From IMG/VR virus record IMGVR_UViG_2974628631_000001, positions 1 to 64,000 of that record: a stretch of 64,000 nt of DNA; one strand, given 5' to 3'. The translations under genes and the position numbers were made by a program. The notes beneath the pieces were generated by a model. The model was not told the origin of the DNA. It ran no database searches and saw only the letters and a list, made by a program, of their open reading frames with translations. The stretch's first letter is position 1. The number at the start of each line of letters is the position of its first letter. Shown here piece after piece: positions 17,617-28,300 of the stretch. Source of the stretch: a virus (taxonomy: Duplodnaviria; Caudoviricetes).

Positions 17617-18018
17617 ATGAGTTTCGAAACACTAAAGAAGGAAGACCTTCTAAAGATTGCCGATGATTACGGCGTAGATGTAAAGCCTAGCGATACCAAG
17701 GCGGTAATTGTTGCTGCTCTCGCTGAGGATGGCGTCAATTGGGAAGATGTTGCAAAGACCGACAAGACAGTTGCAGAAATTGACTCAGACCTAAAGCAGG
17801 AAGAGGAGGCAAAGGCAGCAGAAGCCAAGGCACAGCTTCCAAAGCAGCTTCTTCGTATGCTCCGTGGAAATGGTACATACGAAATTCGCGGGTATGTTTT
17901 CAAGCGTGAGCACCCATTCGCTCTTGTAGCTGAGGATGACGCAGAGTTTATCGTAGAAAATGACCCAGAGGGATTCCGCTACGCGACTCCAAAGGAGGCT
18001 CAGTCTTTCTACGGCTGA
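17617..18018 (+). CDS. Hypothetical protein (Rho-N/HeH-like N-terminus)
   Basis: LKKEDLLKIA..YGV....TKAVIV; own promoter and SD. Confidence 0.75.
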   Translation: MSFETLKKEDLLKIADDYGVDVKPSDTKAVIVAALAEDGVNWEDVAKTDKTVAEIDSDLKQEEEAKAAEAKAQLPKQLLRMLRGNGTYEIRGYVFKREHPFALVAEDDAEFIVENDPEGFRYATPKEAQSFYG

Positions 18019-18084
18019 GACCCCGCCCCTGAAAAGGGGCAAGCTTAGTTATACAAATAACCGTTCGGAGTATATAATCAAGAT

Positions 18085-18990
18085 ATGGAAATTTATAGAA
18101 ATGACACAGCGAATGTTGACCTAAAGGTACCTGTATCTGCGGTCAATGGAACCTTCGAGGTTATTGCCTACGAGGGTGATACAGCTATGTACACTTTTCC
18201 AACTCCAACTCAGATTCCGGGCGGGTACCGTGTGGTCCTTCCATTCAGTCTAGTAGACCATGACAAGACACTGAATATCAAGTGGAAGTTCGATTACACT
18301 CAGGACTCACAGACAAAGACCTATGAGTATTCAACAGTGGTTGATGTTGTGACCCCTTACGTCACCTTGGATGAAATCAAGGAGGCTATTCCAGAGGCAG
18401 AGACTCTTTCTGATGTAGAACTAAAGCGACTTGAGCGAAGAATTCGCGGGGTTATTGAGAGGTACACAGGTCAGTACTTTGGTCGATACATTGGAACAAG
18501 GACAATCATTGGTGCAGGAGACGGAGAGCTAAAGCTTGACTCAAGACTCGTTCGTCTAAGCAATATCTCTGGTGCAAATATCCTTTACGAATCAGATGGT
18601 GTAGCCGCTACCGGCTTTTATTCTGTTCGTGGAGATGGATGGTACGTAGGAGTATCGAACCCTACACCAGACGGAGACTATGTTTTTGAGAACGTTATTC
18701 GTGACCCAGATTCAATGTGGGCACGACCAGGCTTCAAGGATAACATGGTTTACGATGTAACTGGAACATGGGGATGGGATGATGTCCCAGCAGAGGTAAA
18801 GGAAGCAGCTCTCATTCTTTGCGAAGATGAGATTTGTCCTCAGGCAGAATATCGAGACAGATATCTTAAGAGCATTTCTGGAGATGGATGGAGATATGAA
18901 TTCACTCCTAATGCATATTATGGAACTGGCAGTGTAATTGCCGACCAGCTTCTTGAAAAGTTCCGTAACTTCTCAATGACGGTGATTTGA
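18085..18990 (+). CDS. Head-to-tail adaptor
   Basis: PYVTLDEI, IERYTGQYF, WGWDDVPAEVKEAA; position. Confidence 0.75.
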   Translation: MEIYRNDTANVDLKVPVSAVNGTFEVIAYEGDTAMYTFPTPTQIPGGYRVVLPFSLVDHDKTLNIKWKFDYTQDSQTKTYEYSTVVDVVTPYVTLDEIKEAIPEAETLSDVELKRLERRIRGVIERYTGQYFGRYIGTRTIIGAGDGELKLDSRLVRLSNISGANILYESDGVAATGFYSVRGDGWYVGVSNPTPDGDYVFENVIRDPDSMWARPGFKDNMVYDVTGTWGWDDVPAEVKEAALILCEDEICPQAEYRDRYLKSISGDGWRYEFTPNAYYGTGSVIADQLLEKFRNFSMTVI

Positions 18991-19482
18991 ATGAGATGTC
19001 TAGCTAGCGCAAAATTCAGTATGCTTGTTGACATCCTCAAGCCTGATTCAGCTCCAGCAGATTCTTCTTCACCTACAGGACACTGGGAATGGGTGCAGGA
19101 CCCTGATTCAGGAGCCTTCATTCAGGTTTGGGTAACAGATGCCGACGACCCAGAAACCCCAGAAATTGAGGGGACAAAGAAGACTGTAAAGTGTAGGGCA
19201 AAGGCTGCTCTGTCTGGAAGTATTCGGTCAGCAGAACAACTCGGAACTCAGTATTTGAATGAGGAGTGGGTCAAGCTCGAACTCCCATTCAATGCCGACA
19301 TTACTTTGAGAGACAAGGTAACAAACATCAGAACTCTTCGTGGACAGGTTCTATGGTCCGAAGAAGAAGCTGATGGAAATCTCCCAACCACATTTGAGGT
19401 ATTCAGGGTTTCTCCTGAAATCGACGGGTTTGGAAATCTCATCGGAAAGATTGCTCTTGTCAAGAGGGCGGTGCGCCAATAA
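18991..19482 (+). CDS. Head-to-tail stopper/connector
   Basis: Position and size in the neck module. Confidence 0.6.
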   Translation: MRCLASAKFSMLVDILKPDSAPADSSSPTGHWEWVQDPDSGAFIQVWVTDADDPETPEIEGTKKTVKCRAKAALSGSIRSAEQLGTQYLNEEWVKLELPFNADITLRDKVTNIRTLRGQVLWSEEEADGNLPTTFEVFRVSPEIDGFGNLIGKIALVKRAVRQ

Positions 19483-20312
19483 TGGCTGCGGGAAGAAAGT
19501 TTCTCGGCTTCAATGTAGATACATCTGAAGGCGCTGCCCTCTCCGGGTTTCTAAAGGAATTGTCTCTAAAGATTGGTACTCCAAGACATATTGGACCAGT
19601 TCTTAAGTATACACACTCCCTAATGTCACAGGAATTCACTGATTATATGGCGGTTGTTGCTGCGGCTCAGACATCACGTTTCCACCACGTATACGAGTGG
19701 GGACAGGTAGGAGACCCTACAGCAAAACTCTGGGACGACAAGCTTATTGGTGGCGGTAACAATCGCACAGCAACATTTACGTGGAGAGCATCAAAGCAGG
19801 TGGTTCCTGTCAGTCAGGAAGCGCAGGATGTTGGCGTAAAGCAAATCCACGTCTTTGCTTGGAAGGCTCCAGTGATGGAGTACGGAAAGAATATCACAAT
19901 TGAACCAAAGCGTGGAGAGTATCTAGCTCTATTCACTGGTCCAACTAAGCAGGCAGGTAAGTGGAAGCTTCGTGTATTCAAGGGTCCTGTCACTGTCACA
20001 AATCCGGGCGGTAAGATGACCAAGGGTTCATTTACCAGAGAATACGTTTCTTGGTGGGGTGGTACAGGAGCCCAAGGAGTATTTGAGAGTAAGGTGAAGA
20101 AGGTTCTTGAAGAAGACCTTGGTCGTATGCCTATTGAATCTGTGACTAAGCAATTCCGTAGGGCAAATACTAAGACTTTCAAGATGAGTACCATCGGAGA
20201 GGCTGAGGCGGCAGAAAATGCGGGTAGAGCCGCAGCTCAAAAGTATTTGAATGGCCGCTCCAACAATTATATTCAGGCTGCCAGAGCCAGAGAAAGGATT
20301 ATTTACGGATAA
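19482..20312 (+). CDS. Neck/tail completion protein (putative)
   Basis: HHVYEW motif; position. Confidence 0.55.
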   Translation: MAAGRKFLGFNVDTSEGAALSGFLKELSLKIGTPRHIGPVLKYTHSLMSQEFTDYMAVVAAAQTSRFHHVYEWGQVGDPTAKLWDDKLIGGGNNRTATFTWRASKQVVPVSQEAQDVGVKQIHVFAWKAPVMEYGKNITIEPKRGEYLALFTGPTKQAGKWKLRVFKGPVTVTNPGGKMTKGSFTREYVSWWGGTGAQGVFESKVKKVLEEDLGRMPIESVTKQFRRANTKTFKMSTIGEAEAAENAGRAAAQKYLNGRSNNYIQAARARERIIYG

Positions 20313-20857
20313 TGGCAGATTACAGAACGGTGGGTGCCCACCAAATCAATAAGTGGCTCTGGTCAAAACTCAAGACATACGAGTATAAGCCGGGAGTCAA
20401 GGCGTTTGCTGACTATAAGGATTCGGGAAATCCTACTGGATATGCAGTAACGCCTATCATTCCAAACTTCCAGACGGCACAGATTACAACCATTACAAAG
20501 AATCAGAGTCCATACATCGTTTACAATTATGTTCAGAATCCATATGATTCTGAATGGTGGATGTGTAGAGAACAATGCGCGTACATGATTTATGATGGAA
20601 ACGAGGAAAGACTTCGTGGAATTCAGAATTACATGGCAGACCTTCTCAAGAGAATGGATTGGACGGCAAGGGACTTGAATTACAGTGGAACAGTAGCTTC
20701 CAACTTTGATTTCAAGTACGTCCGACTCGTTGCTACATCCGGACCGGATGATTTGGGTGAAGAAGTAGAGGATGTCAATCCAGCGGCTATGGTGGTTATC
20801 AACTATGAGTATACGGTTGATATGAATACCGCTGAAGGAAATGGAATGCGAGTATAA
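20312..20857 (+). CDS. Tail terminator (putative)
   Basis: PYIVY motif; immediately upstream of the tail tube gene. Confidence 0.6.
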   Translation: MADYRTVGAHQINKWLWSKLKTYEYKPGVKAFADYKDSGNPTGYAVTPIIPNFQTAQITTITKNQSPYIVYNYVQNPYDSEWWMCREQCAYMIYDGNEERLRGIQNYMADLLKRMDWTARDLNYSGTVASNFDFKYVRLVATSGPDDLGEEVEDVNPAAMVVINYEYTVDMNTAEGNGMRV

Positions 20858-20958
20858 GGTAATTTGGCTTTAGAAGCCGAATCACGATAATATACTCATA
20901 GAGGAAGTGCCTAGCCAGCACACAAACTTTTTAACCTAAATGGAGGTGACATCTAAAA

Positions 20959-21588
20959 ATGGCATATCAGGTACGTAACATTATCATTGGTGCGGCAGCT
21001 CTTTACATTTCTGTGAAGGACAGCACCGATGCTGCATGGGCAGGAGGCCCAGCGCTACCAGCAGCCCCATCTTCGGGAAGTTCTTACACAACGACTCTTG
21101 ATGCTTCTGCTGATTGGCGTCACGCTGGTTTCACCACTGAGGGACTTGAGGTTTCTTATGAGCCAGACTACGGAGATGTAGAGGTTGACCAGCTTCTTGA
21201 CTCTGCTAAGCTCTTCAAGCAGTCAATGCGAGTTACAATCAACACGACTCTTGCAGAGGCAGCTCTAGAGAATCTTCTAGTTGCATGGGGTCAGCAGTCT
21301 GCAACCCTTACTTCAACTTCAAGCACGACTGAGCTTGGAATTGCGGCTGGTGCTCTTGGTGACGAGCCAGTTGAGCGCGCTCTTGTTGCTGTTGGACCAG
21401 GTCCAAAGACAGCAGCAGGTGCTAAGCGAGAGAGACTATACCACGCACGTCGTGTTCTCTCTGTTGAGTCTTCAGCGCACAGCGTTCGTCGTAACGAAGC
21501 AACGGTATTCCCTGTTGCATTCCGTCTGCTACCAGACCCTAACTTCAGTGGTTCTGAGTACGGCGTAATTCGTGACCGTAACGTCTAA
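20959..21588 (+). CDS. Major tail tube protein
   Basis: NIIIGAA, GFTTEGLEVSYEPD, EVDQ; strong SD; followed by a terminator. Confidence 0.85.
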   Translation: MAYQVRNIIIGAAALYISVKDSTDAAWAGGPALPAAPSSGSSYTTTLDASADWRHAGFTTEGLEVSYEPDYGDVEVDQLLDSAKLFKQSMRVTINTTLAEAALENLLVAWGQQSATLTSTSSTTELGIAAGALGDEPVERALVAVGPGPKTAAGAKRERLYHARRVLSVESSAHSVRRNEATVFPVAFRLLPDPNFSGSEYGVIRDRNV

Positions 21589-21606
21589 GATTTAATTTAG
21601 CGATGT

Positions 21607-21638
21607 AACCCCGCCTTTCTGGCGGGGTTCTTCGTTTT
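21607..21638 (+). terminator. Intrinsic terminator
   Basis: AACCCCGCC-TTTCT-GGCGGGGTT followed by a T-rich tail. Confidence 0.8.
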
Positions 21639-21708
21639 GTCGAGTAAAAATTGACCAATGACCGCTTTTCAGGTAAACTAGAATCACTAATGGAAGGAAA
21701 GGTTTAAA

Positions 21709-22059
21709 TTGGCAACATCAGTTTACACCACTGAGGAAGTCGAACTACAGGACGGCACCACAGTAACACTAAAGCCACTTACAATTAAGAATCTGCGTAG
21801 ATTCATGAAGGTAATGGAGAGTTTCGGAGAGGCCGAGACTGAGGACGAGGGTCTAGATGTTATGCTAGATGCCTCTGCACTTTGTCTAAAGGCACAGCGT
21901 CCGGAGTTTTGGGATGACGATGAGGATGCACATACAGAGGCTTTTGAAGAGGCAGTCGATATGCCGACACTCTACAAGGTTCTTGATGTATGTGGTGGTC
22001 TGAAGTTGAATGACCCAAATCTTCTAGCGGCGGCTCAGGAGGCTCTTGGGAAGAACTAG
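21709..22059 (+). CDS. Tail assembly chaperone (gpG-like)
   Basis: Acidic 116-aa ORF between tail tube and tape measure. Confidence 0.8.
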   Translation: MATSVYTTEEVELQDGTTVTLKPLTIKNLRRFMKVMESFGEAETEDEGLDVMLDASALCLKAQRPEFWDDDEDAHTEAFEEAVDMPTLYKVLDVCGGLKLNDPNLLAAAQEALGKN

Positions 22060-22352
22060 ACTTGGCTTCACTAGAGGCTGAGCTTTTTCTTCTAGGCCAC
22101 TGGAAAAACTTCGAGGATATCGAAGACACGCTCACATTGGACGAGCTTCAGAAAATTCTAGAGGCAGCACGAGAGAAGGACCGCAACAAGCAAAGATTCG
22201 CCGCAGCACTGCAAGGTGTTGACCTAGACAAGGACAAGAAGGAAGACACTTCCTTTGAAGAGGTCAAGAGGAGAGCCCAGTCAAAGATTTCCGGGGTTTC
22301 CGAAGAAGAGCTAGGATTTGCTGATATCGGCATTACAGTAGTAGAAGATTAA
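22047..22352 (+). CDS. Tail assembly chaperone extension (gpT-like, -1 frame)
   Basis: The -1 frame is open from 22014 across the gpG stop: WEELDLASLEAELFLLGHWK... Confidence 0.7.
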   Translation, partial: WEELDLASLEAELFLLGHWKNFEDIEDTLTLDELQKILEAAREKDRNKQRFAAALQGVDLDKDKKEDTSFEEVKRRAQSKISGVSEEELGFADIGITVVED

Positions 22353-22369
22353 AACAAGGACTGATTGAA

Positions 22370-25300
22370 ATAGAAAACATCCAGATTCGCTTTAGTGGTT
22401 CCGCGAACTTTAGACAAGTTTACGGAGAAGTAGCCCGACTCAATGCTGAGCTTCAGGCTGTTCAGCGTGCCGCTAGCGCGGGTGCAATCACTCCATCTGC
22501 TGTAGCCACCGAGCGTAACACACTACGTCAGCGTGTGTCAATGATGGGCCAGTTTGCTGCTCAGGCAGTAAACGCCCGTACTGAGACAGCCATGCTGACG
22601 GAAGCTTTGGTCAAGCGTGACCTTTCACTTCAGAATTCAATGCGAATTCAGAAGCAATTCAATAACATTCTAAGAGAGCAGTATCAGCTCCAGCGTGCGA
22701 TGATGACGACTTATTCGTCATCTGGCGCAAATGGGAGGGTCGCCGGGGATATCATTATTCCTCAGGCAGCAACTGCAAGAATGAACGCCTACACGAGTTC
22801 CTTGAAGGAAAATGCCAAGGGACTTCTTCAGATTGGTAGAGACTCCGCTGCATTCAGCGATGCTGTCTCCGTAATGAATCAGCGTGTAGGTCTTAGCTCA
22901 GCTATTCTCAGAGCTTCATCTGAGAGTATGATTAAGTGGGGTAAGAATACCCAGTGGGCTGGTCGTCAGCTTATGGTTGGTTTCACAGTTCCCCTCATGG
23001 CTTTTGGCGCGGTAGCCGGTAAGGCAGCATATGATGTAGACAAGTCAATGACTCGTATTGCTAAGGTTTATGATACCACCGCCCAGACAGTAATTGGCAA
23101 GGAAAAGGAGCTTAGTGCTCTTAGAGTAGAATCAATGTCTATGGCCACACAGGTTGCCCAGAAGTATGGACAGGCCGTGAAGGAAACCCTTGACATTGAG
23201 GCTGACCTTGCTGCAACAGGTCTAAAGGGTCGAGAACTACAGGAAGCTACTGTAGCTGTTACCCGTGCTGCAACCCTTGGTGAATTGGATAAGCAGCAGG
23301 CAATCAAGGCAACCATTGCTCTTCAGTCTGTCTATGGTGACAGTGCAGAAGAGCTTGCACGCGACTTCAATTACATGAACGCAATTGAGAATGCAACCAG
23401 CCTTTCCATGCAGGACTTTGTTGATGCCATTCCTCGTGGTGCTGGTGTCATGAAGGCTCTTGGAGTCGACCTTCGTGAAATGGGTATTCTTCTTGTAGCT
23501 CTTAAGCAGAATGGTATTGGTGCAACTGAAGGTATGAATGGTCTACGTTCTGCTTCTCAGCGACTACTTACCATTACTGGTCCGGCGGAAGATGCCTGGC
23601 AGAGACTACTTCCTAATGAAGGAACCCTTGAGGCCCTGACAAAGACAACTAACCGTCAGTTTATTCCTACATTGCAGAAGATTGGTGAGGTCATGCGTCA
23701 GAACAACCTTGATGCAGATGACCAGCAGGAAATCATCGCTCGTGTATTCGGTGTTTACCAGTCTAACAAGATGTACTCAGTTCTTGATGGTCTTATCAAT
23801 AAGACTGACCAGGTAAAGACTGCTTATGAAATCATGAATCAGGATATTGCTGATGGTGGAGCAAAGGCTGCAACTACAGCTCAGGGAGAGCTTGACAAGA
23901 TGGCACAGTCTGCCTCTGGAAAGTTCAAGAGAGCTGTTGAGGGTATCAAGGCTCAGCTAGCAGCAGTCGGAGAGCCGTTCCTTGAGGTTGCTTCTGTAAT
24001 GCTTGGATGGGTAAGTAAGCTATTCGATATGTTTACCTCACTTCCTGGTGCTGTAAAGAAGTTCATTTCTGCTATTGTTCTTATCGGAGCAATTCTTGGT
24101 CCTATCATTATGCTTGTCGGTTTGTTCGCTAACCTATTTGGAAACATTTTCAAGTTCGTTGGCTTCATTGGTATGCTTGTAACCAGGTTCAAGCCTCTGA
24201 CAATTGAGCAGCGTGCTCAGCAAATGATGGCTAACCAGACTTCTATTGCATGGCAGAATGAAGGCCGTGCGGCTCAGGTTCTTTCTGCTCAGCTTGCTGG
24301 TCTAACCGCACAGATGGAAAGAGTAGCCCTCGCAAATATGCAGATGGCTGGTACTGGCATTACTTCACTTCGTCCTACGACACCGAACCCTACCACAAAC
24401 ATTGGTGGTATTGGCCCGGCAGTTCCGCCTGCCACAAGTCCATACGGAGTAAATGCGGCGGGTAGAAATTACAATACCCAGACTGGTCGTCTCGTATCTC
24501 AGCGAGAGGTAAATGCATATGCAGCAGCTCAGGCAGCAGCTTCAAGGTCCGCCGCTCAAACAGCCGCTAGCACAGCAGCTACTCAGAGAAACTGGGGCAA
24601 GATTTCAGTGGCAATGGGTGCTACAGGAGTTATGGCTGCATCAATGATGGCTGCCTCTGGTTCTTCTAGCCAGATTATGAATTACTTGAGTATGGCTCTA
24701 CTATCAGCTTCCCTTCTTGGACCGATGCTTGTTAAGGCGTTCAGAAGTGCAGGAATCGCGGCGGCTGCTTCAAACATGGTTTCTATGTTTGGTGTAGGAC
24801 GACGTGCGGGTTCTATTGCTGGTCGTGGTGGAGCCGGTAGACTTGTTTCCGGACTAAGTGCTGCACTTCCAGCAGCAGGACGCCTTGGAATGCTTATCGC
24901 TAGATTTGCAGGTCCGGCGGGTCTTCTTGCTACAGGTGCATACATGGCATTCAAGCTTTATGGAAACATGAAGAAGGGTATTGAAACCCAGAAGAGAATT
25001 AATGAGTCTGCAAAGGACTGGGCTGACGTTCTTGGATTCGTTTACCATGAGGCTGGTCAGATTGAGACCAAGAATGGTGAAATCATCAACACTCTTGATG
25101 CTCAGGTTACTAAGCTCAAGGAGAAGAACAAGGAACTTGTCAAGAGTCTCCAGCTTGCAAAGGCTGCGGGCGACGAAGAAAAGGCAATGAACCTTGCTAT
25201 TGCTGAAGGTCTTAAGGTTCGTAACCACGGTGGTAGTGCTGCCGATGCTACGAATGCAACTAAGCTTTCTCTTCGTGCTGCCGGATATACCAGCCAGGAA

Positions 25301-28300
25301 ATTGAGCCTCTCATGGTCAAGATTAAGGCCCAGGTCGATTTCTCTGATGCCGAATCTACCCTGAACAAGCAGATGGACCAGTTCAAGGACACCTTCAACA
25401 AGGTAGCCAACAACAAGTTTGGCCAGGGAACTTGGGAAGGTCTCGGTCGTGCATTCTCTGGTCGTGGAGAAATCAACCAGAATGCTGCTGAGCGTGGTAA
25501 GGGAATGGCTAACGAATTCTGGACGGGATTCCAGGCACAGACCTCACTCTCTGAGAAGAAGAACTACTTTGATAAGTTCTTTGCTCAGATTGAGAAGGAG
25601 CAGCACACTGCTTGGGGTCGCCTAGGTAATTCTAACCGCGCAGACCTAAAGAAGGTCGGTATCGATTCTTGGTCAGAATTCGCTCAGGCTTACAAGGATG
25701 CTCAGGATATGACTCCTATTGAGTTCAGAAACGTGTGGGCTGATGGAGACCAGGAGCAGGCAGAAAAGGTTATGCGTGCGCTCCGTGGCCTTGGTGGAGA
25801 GACAACTCGTTATGCCGAGAAGCACATGGATGCCGAAAAGCTTATTGCCCGAGAAATTGCTAAGAAGAACAACATGTCCGATGAGGAAATCAAGAAGATT
25901 GAAACAATTGATGACCTCTACGGAAAGCTTGACATGTCCTTCTACACAGTCAAGGAAGCCCAGAAGGCTTATACTCAGGCAATGGCTGACTACAATCGTC
26001 AGGGAACAAAGCTTTCTGAGAAGGAAAAGCTACGTATCCTTAACATTTATCGAAACAACGCGGGTCTTTCTAAGGCGACCTCCCTTGAGCAGCAGTTCGG
26101 AGATGCCCTAGATAATTCAAAGGGCAAGGTAGATGGAAATTCTGATGCTCTTAAGGATGCTGCTGCATCAATGGATGACTGGAACAACGCCCGTCAGAAG
26201 GCAATGTCTGGAGCGATGGATACCGTTCTCAGTGAGGCTGATGAAATCTGGTCCGAAAGAGCTGATGCTGAGGTCCAGGCAATTGAGGACCGTGGACAGC
26301 GACGCGAGGATGCCCTAGATGCTCAGGCAGAGCGTCAGGACAAGAGATTCGATGACCGACAGGAAGCCGCAGATAAGCGATTCGACAAGCGCTCAAAGGC
26401 TCTCGATAAGCGTTGGGAAAAGATTGAAGATGATTTTGAAAATCGTTGGGATAAGCGTCTAAAGAAGGAAGAGGATGCTTACAACAAGAAGATTGACAAT
26501 ATCAAGAAGGCTATGGAGGCTGAGGAAAAGGCTGAAGAGCAGCGACAGAGAATCTTTGAAGCTGAGCAGACTCGACTTCAGCGAATGGCTGAAATTGCCA
26601 ATCAGAATATCGACTTCAATGTAGCTTTGAATTCAGGTAATCTGGATGAGGCGGCAAAGATTGCCAATAACATTCAGTCTACAACAGATTCATGGACCAT
26701 TGGCGATGCCGCAGAGTCTAGCCAGTCCCAGTCCGACAAGCGTAAGGAAAAGATGGAGGGTCAGATTGACTCTCTTGAGGCTGCCCGTGACAAGCGTCTA
26801 GAAGACCTGAAGAAGATTGAGGAGGCTGAGAAGAAGGCTCTTGAGGCTAAGAAGGAGCGTGAGCAGGAAGCCCTAGCGGCAGAGCGTGAACGCTACCAGA
26901 AGGCACTTGAGGCTGAACGAGAGCGTTACCGTAAGGGTATTGAAGCTCAGAAGAAGGCTATTCAGGAGCAGACTCAGCGCGACGCAACCGCACGTCGTAA
27001 GGAACTCGAAAGAATGAAGAAGACTCTAGAGCTAGAGCTTCTTGCTGTTCGAGCTTCTATCCCTCGCAACAAGAAGGAATACGACAAGCAGATTAAGACC
27101 ATTGAGGGGCTTTACTCCAAGTACGGAGTTAAGCTAAAGACTCAGGGTAATAACTGGGCGAACACCGTTGGTGACGCTCTTACTAAGCATGTCAAGGAAG
27201 CTTCTGCTGATATCCAGAACCAGATTAAGTGGAAGACAATTGGTAACTCTGTAACTCAGGATATGGTTGATGGTGGATTCAACCTTACAACTTCACAGTT
27301 CATGAAGTGGGTAACTACTGGTGAGCTTCCAAAGAAGTATAAGGCACCTTCTAAGCCAAAGACTCGACACAAGGGTGGACCTGTTTCAGGTAACTCCAAG
27401 TATGACAACCGTGATGGTCGTCACTGGGGTGCTGGTCTCCGTCGAGACGAGTCAATGATGCTTTTGAAGAACGATGAATATGTTCTTAACGGAAGGGCAC
27501 ACAAGGCTCTCGGAACCAGCTACCTTGACAGAATTAACAAGGGTGACATTGGAACTGGCGGAATTGGTGGAGCTAGCGATGGTCTAGGACTTATGGGAGC
27601 ATTCGCAGCGGGTATGGAAGGAATGTATGAATCAGCAGCCGCAATGGCAATTGAGGCAGCAGGAAACCAGGCCATGGGATTCGGTATCGATGGAATGGCA
27701 ATTCCTGGTCAGGCTGGTAAGTACGGAAACATCTTCCTTAACGCAGAACAGCTAAAGAATGCGGCTACCATTATTGGTGTCGGTAAGGGAATGGGTGCAA
27801 CCACAACCGACCTTATCGTATCCATTATGACGGCTATGCAGGAGTCAACGCTTCGCAACCTAAACTATGGTGACCGTGACTCTCTTGGTCTATTCCAGCA
27901 GCGTCCTTCACAGGGTTGGGGAACTCCTGAGCAGATTCGTACCCCTTCTTATGCAGCACGTAAGTTCTTTGAGCACTTGCTAGCAATGAAGGGTCGTCAC
28001 AAGCTCCCTCTAACTGAGCAGGCTCAGAGGGTTCAGCGTTCTGCTTACCCAAGCGCTTATGCAAAGTGGGAGGCAATGGCTCGACAGGTTGTTTCTGGAA
28101 CTGGATTCCAGCCATTTGGCGGAACAGGTGGCGGAGCGAAGCAGCGTCCGGTAACTGGCCCAGTTTCTCGTGCTTACGCACAGCACAGCAATTTGCCAAG
28201 GGCTACCGACTTCGGTGTTGGTGTTGGAACTCCAGTTCGTTCAGCAATGAACGGTATGGTTACGACTTCTGCTGACCTAAAGGGTCCCGGCGGATATCGT

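Noticed and set aside
26280-27050. Repetitive charged stretch in the tape measure gene as a repeat array
   Set aside because: Ordinary coiled-coil coding sequence with no fixed-length DNA repeats
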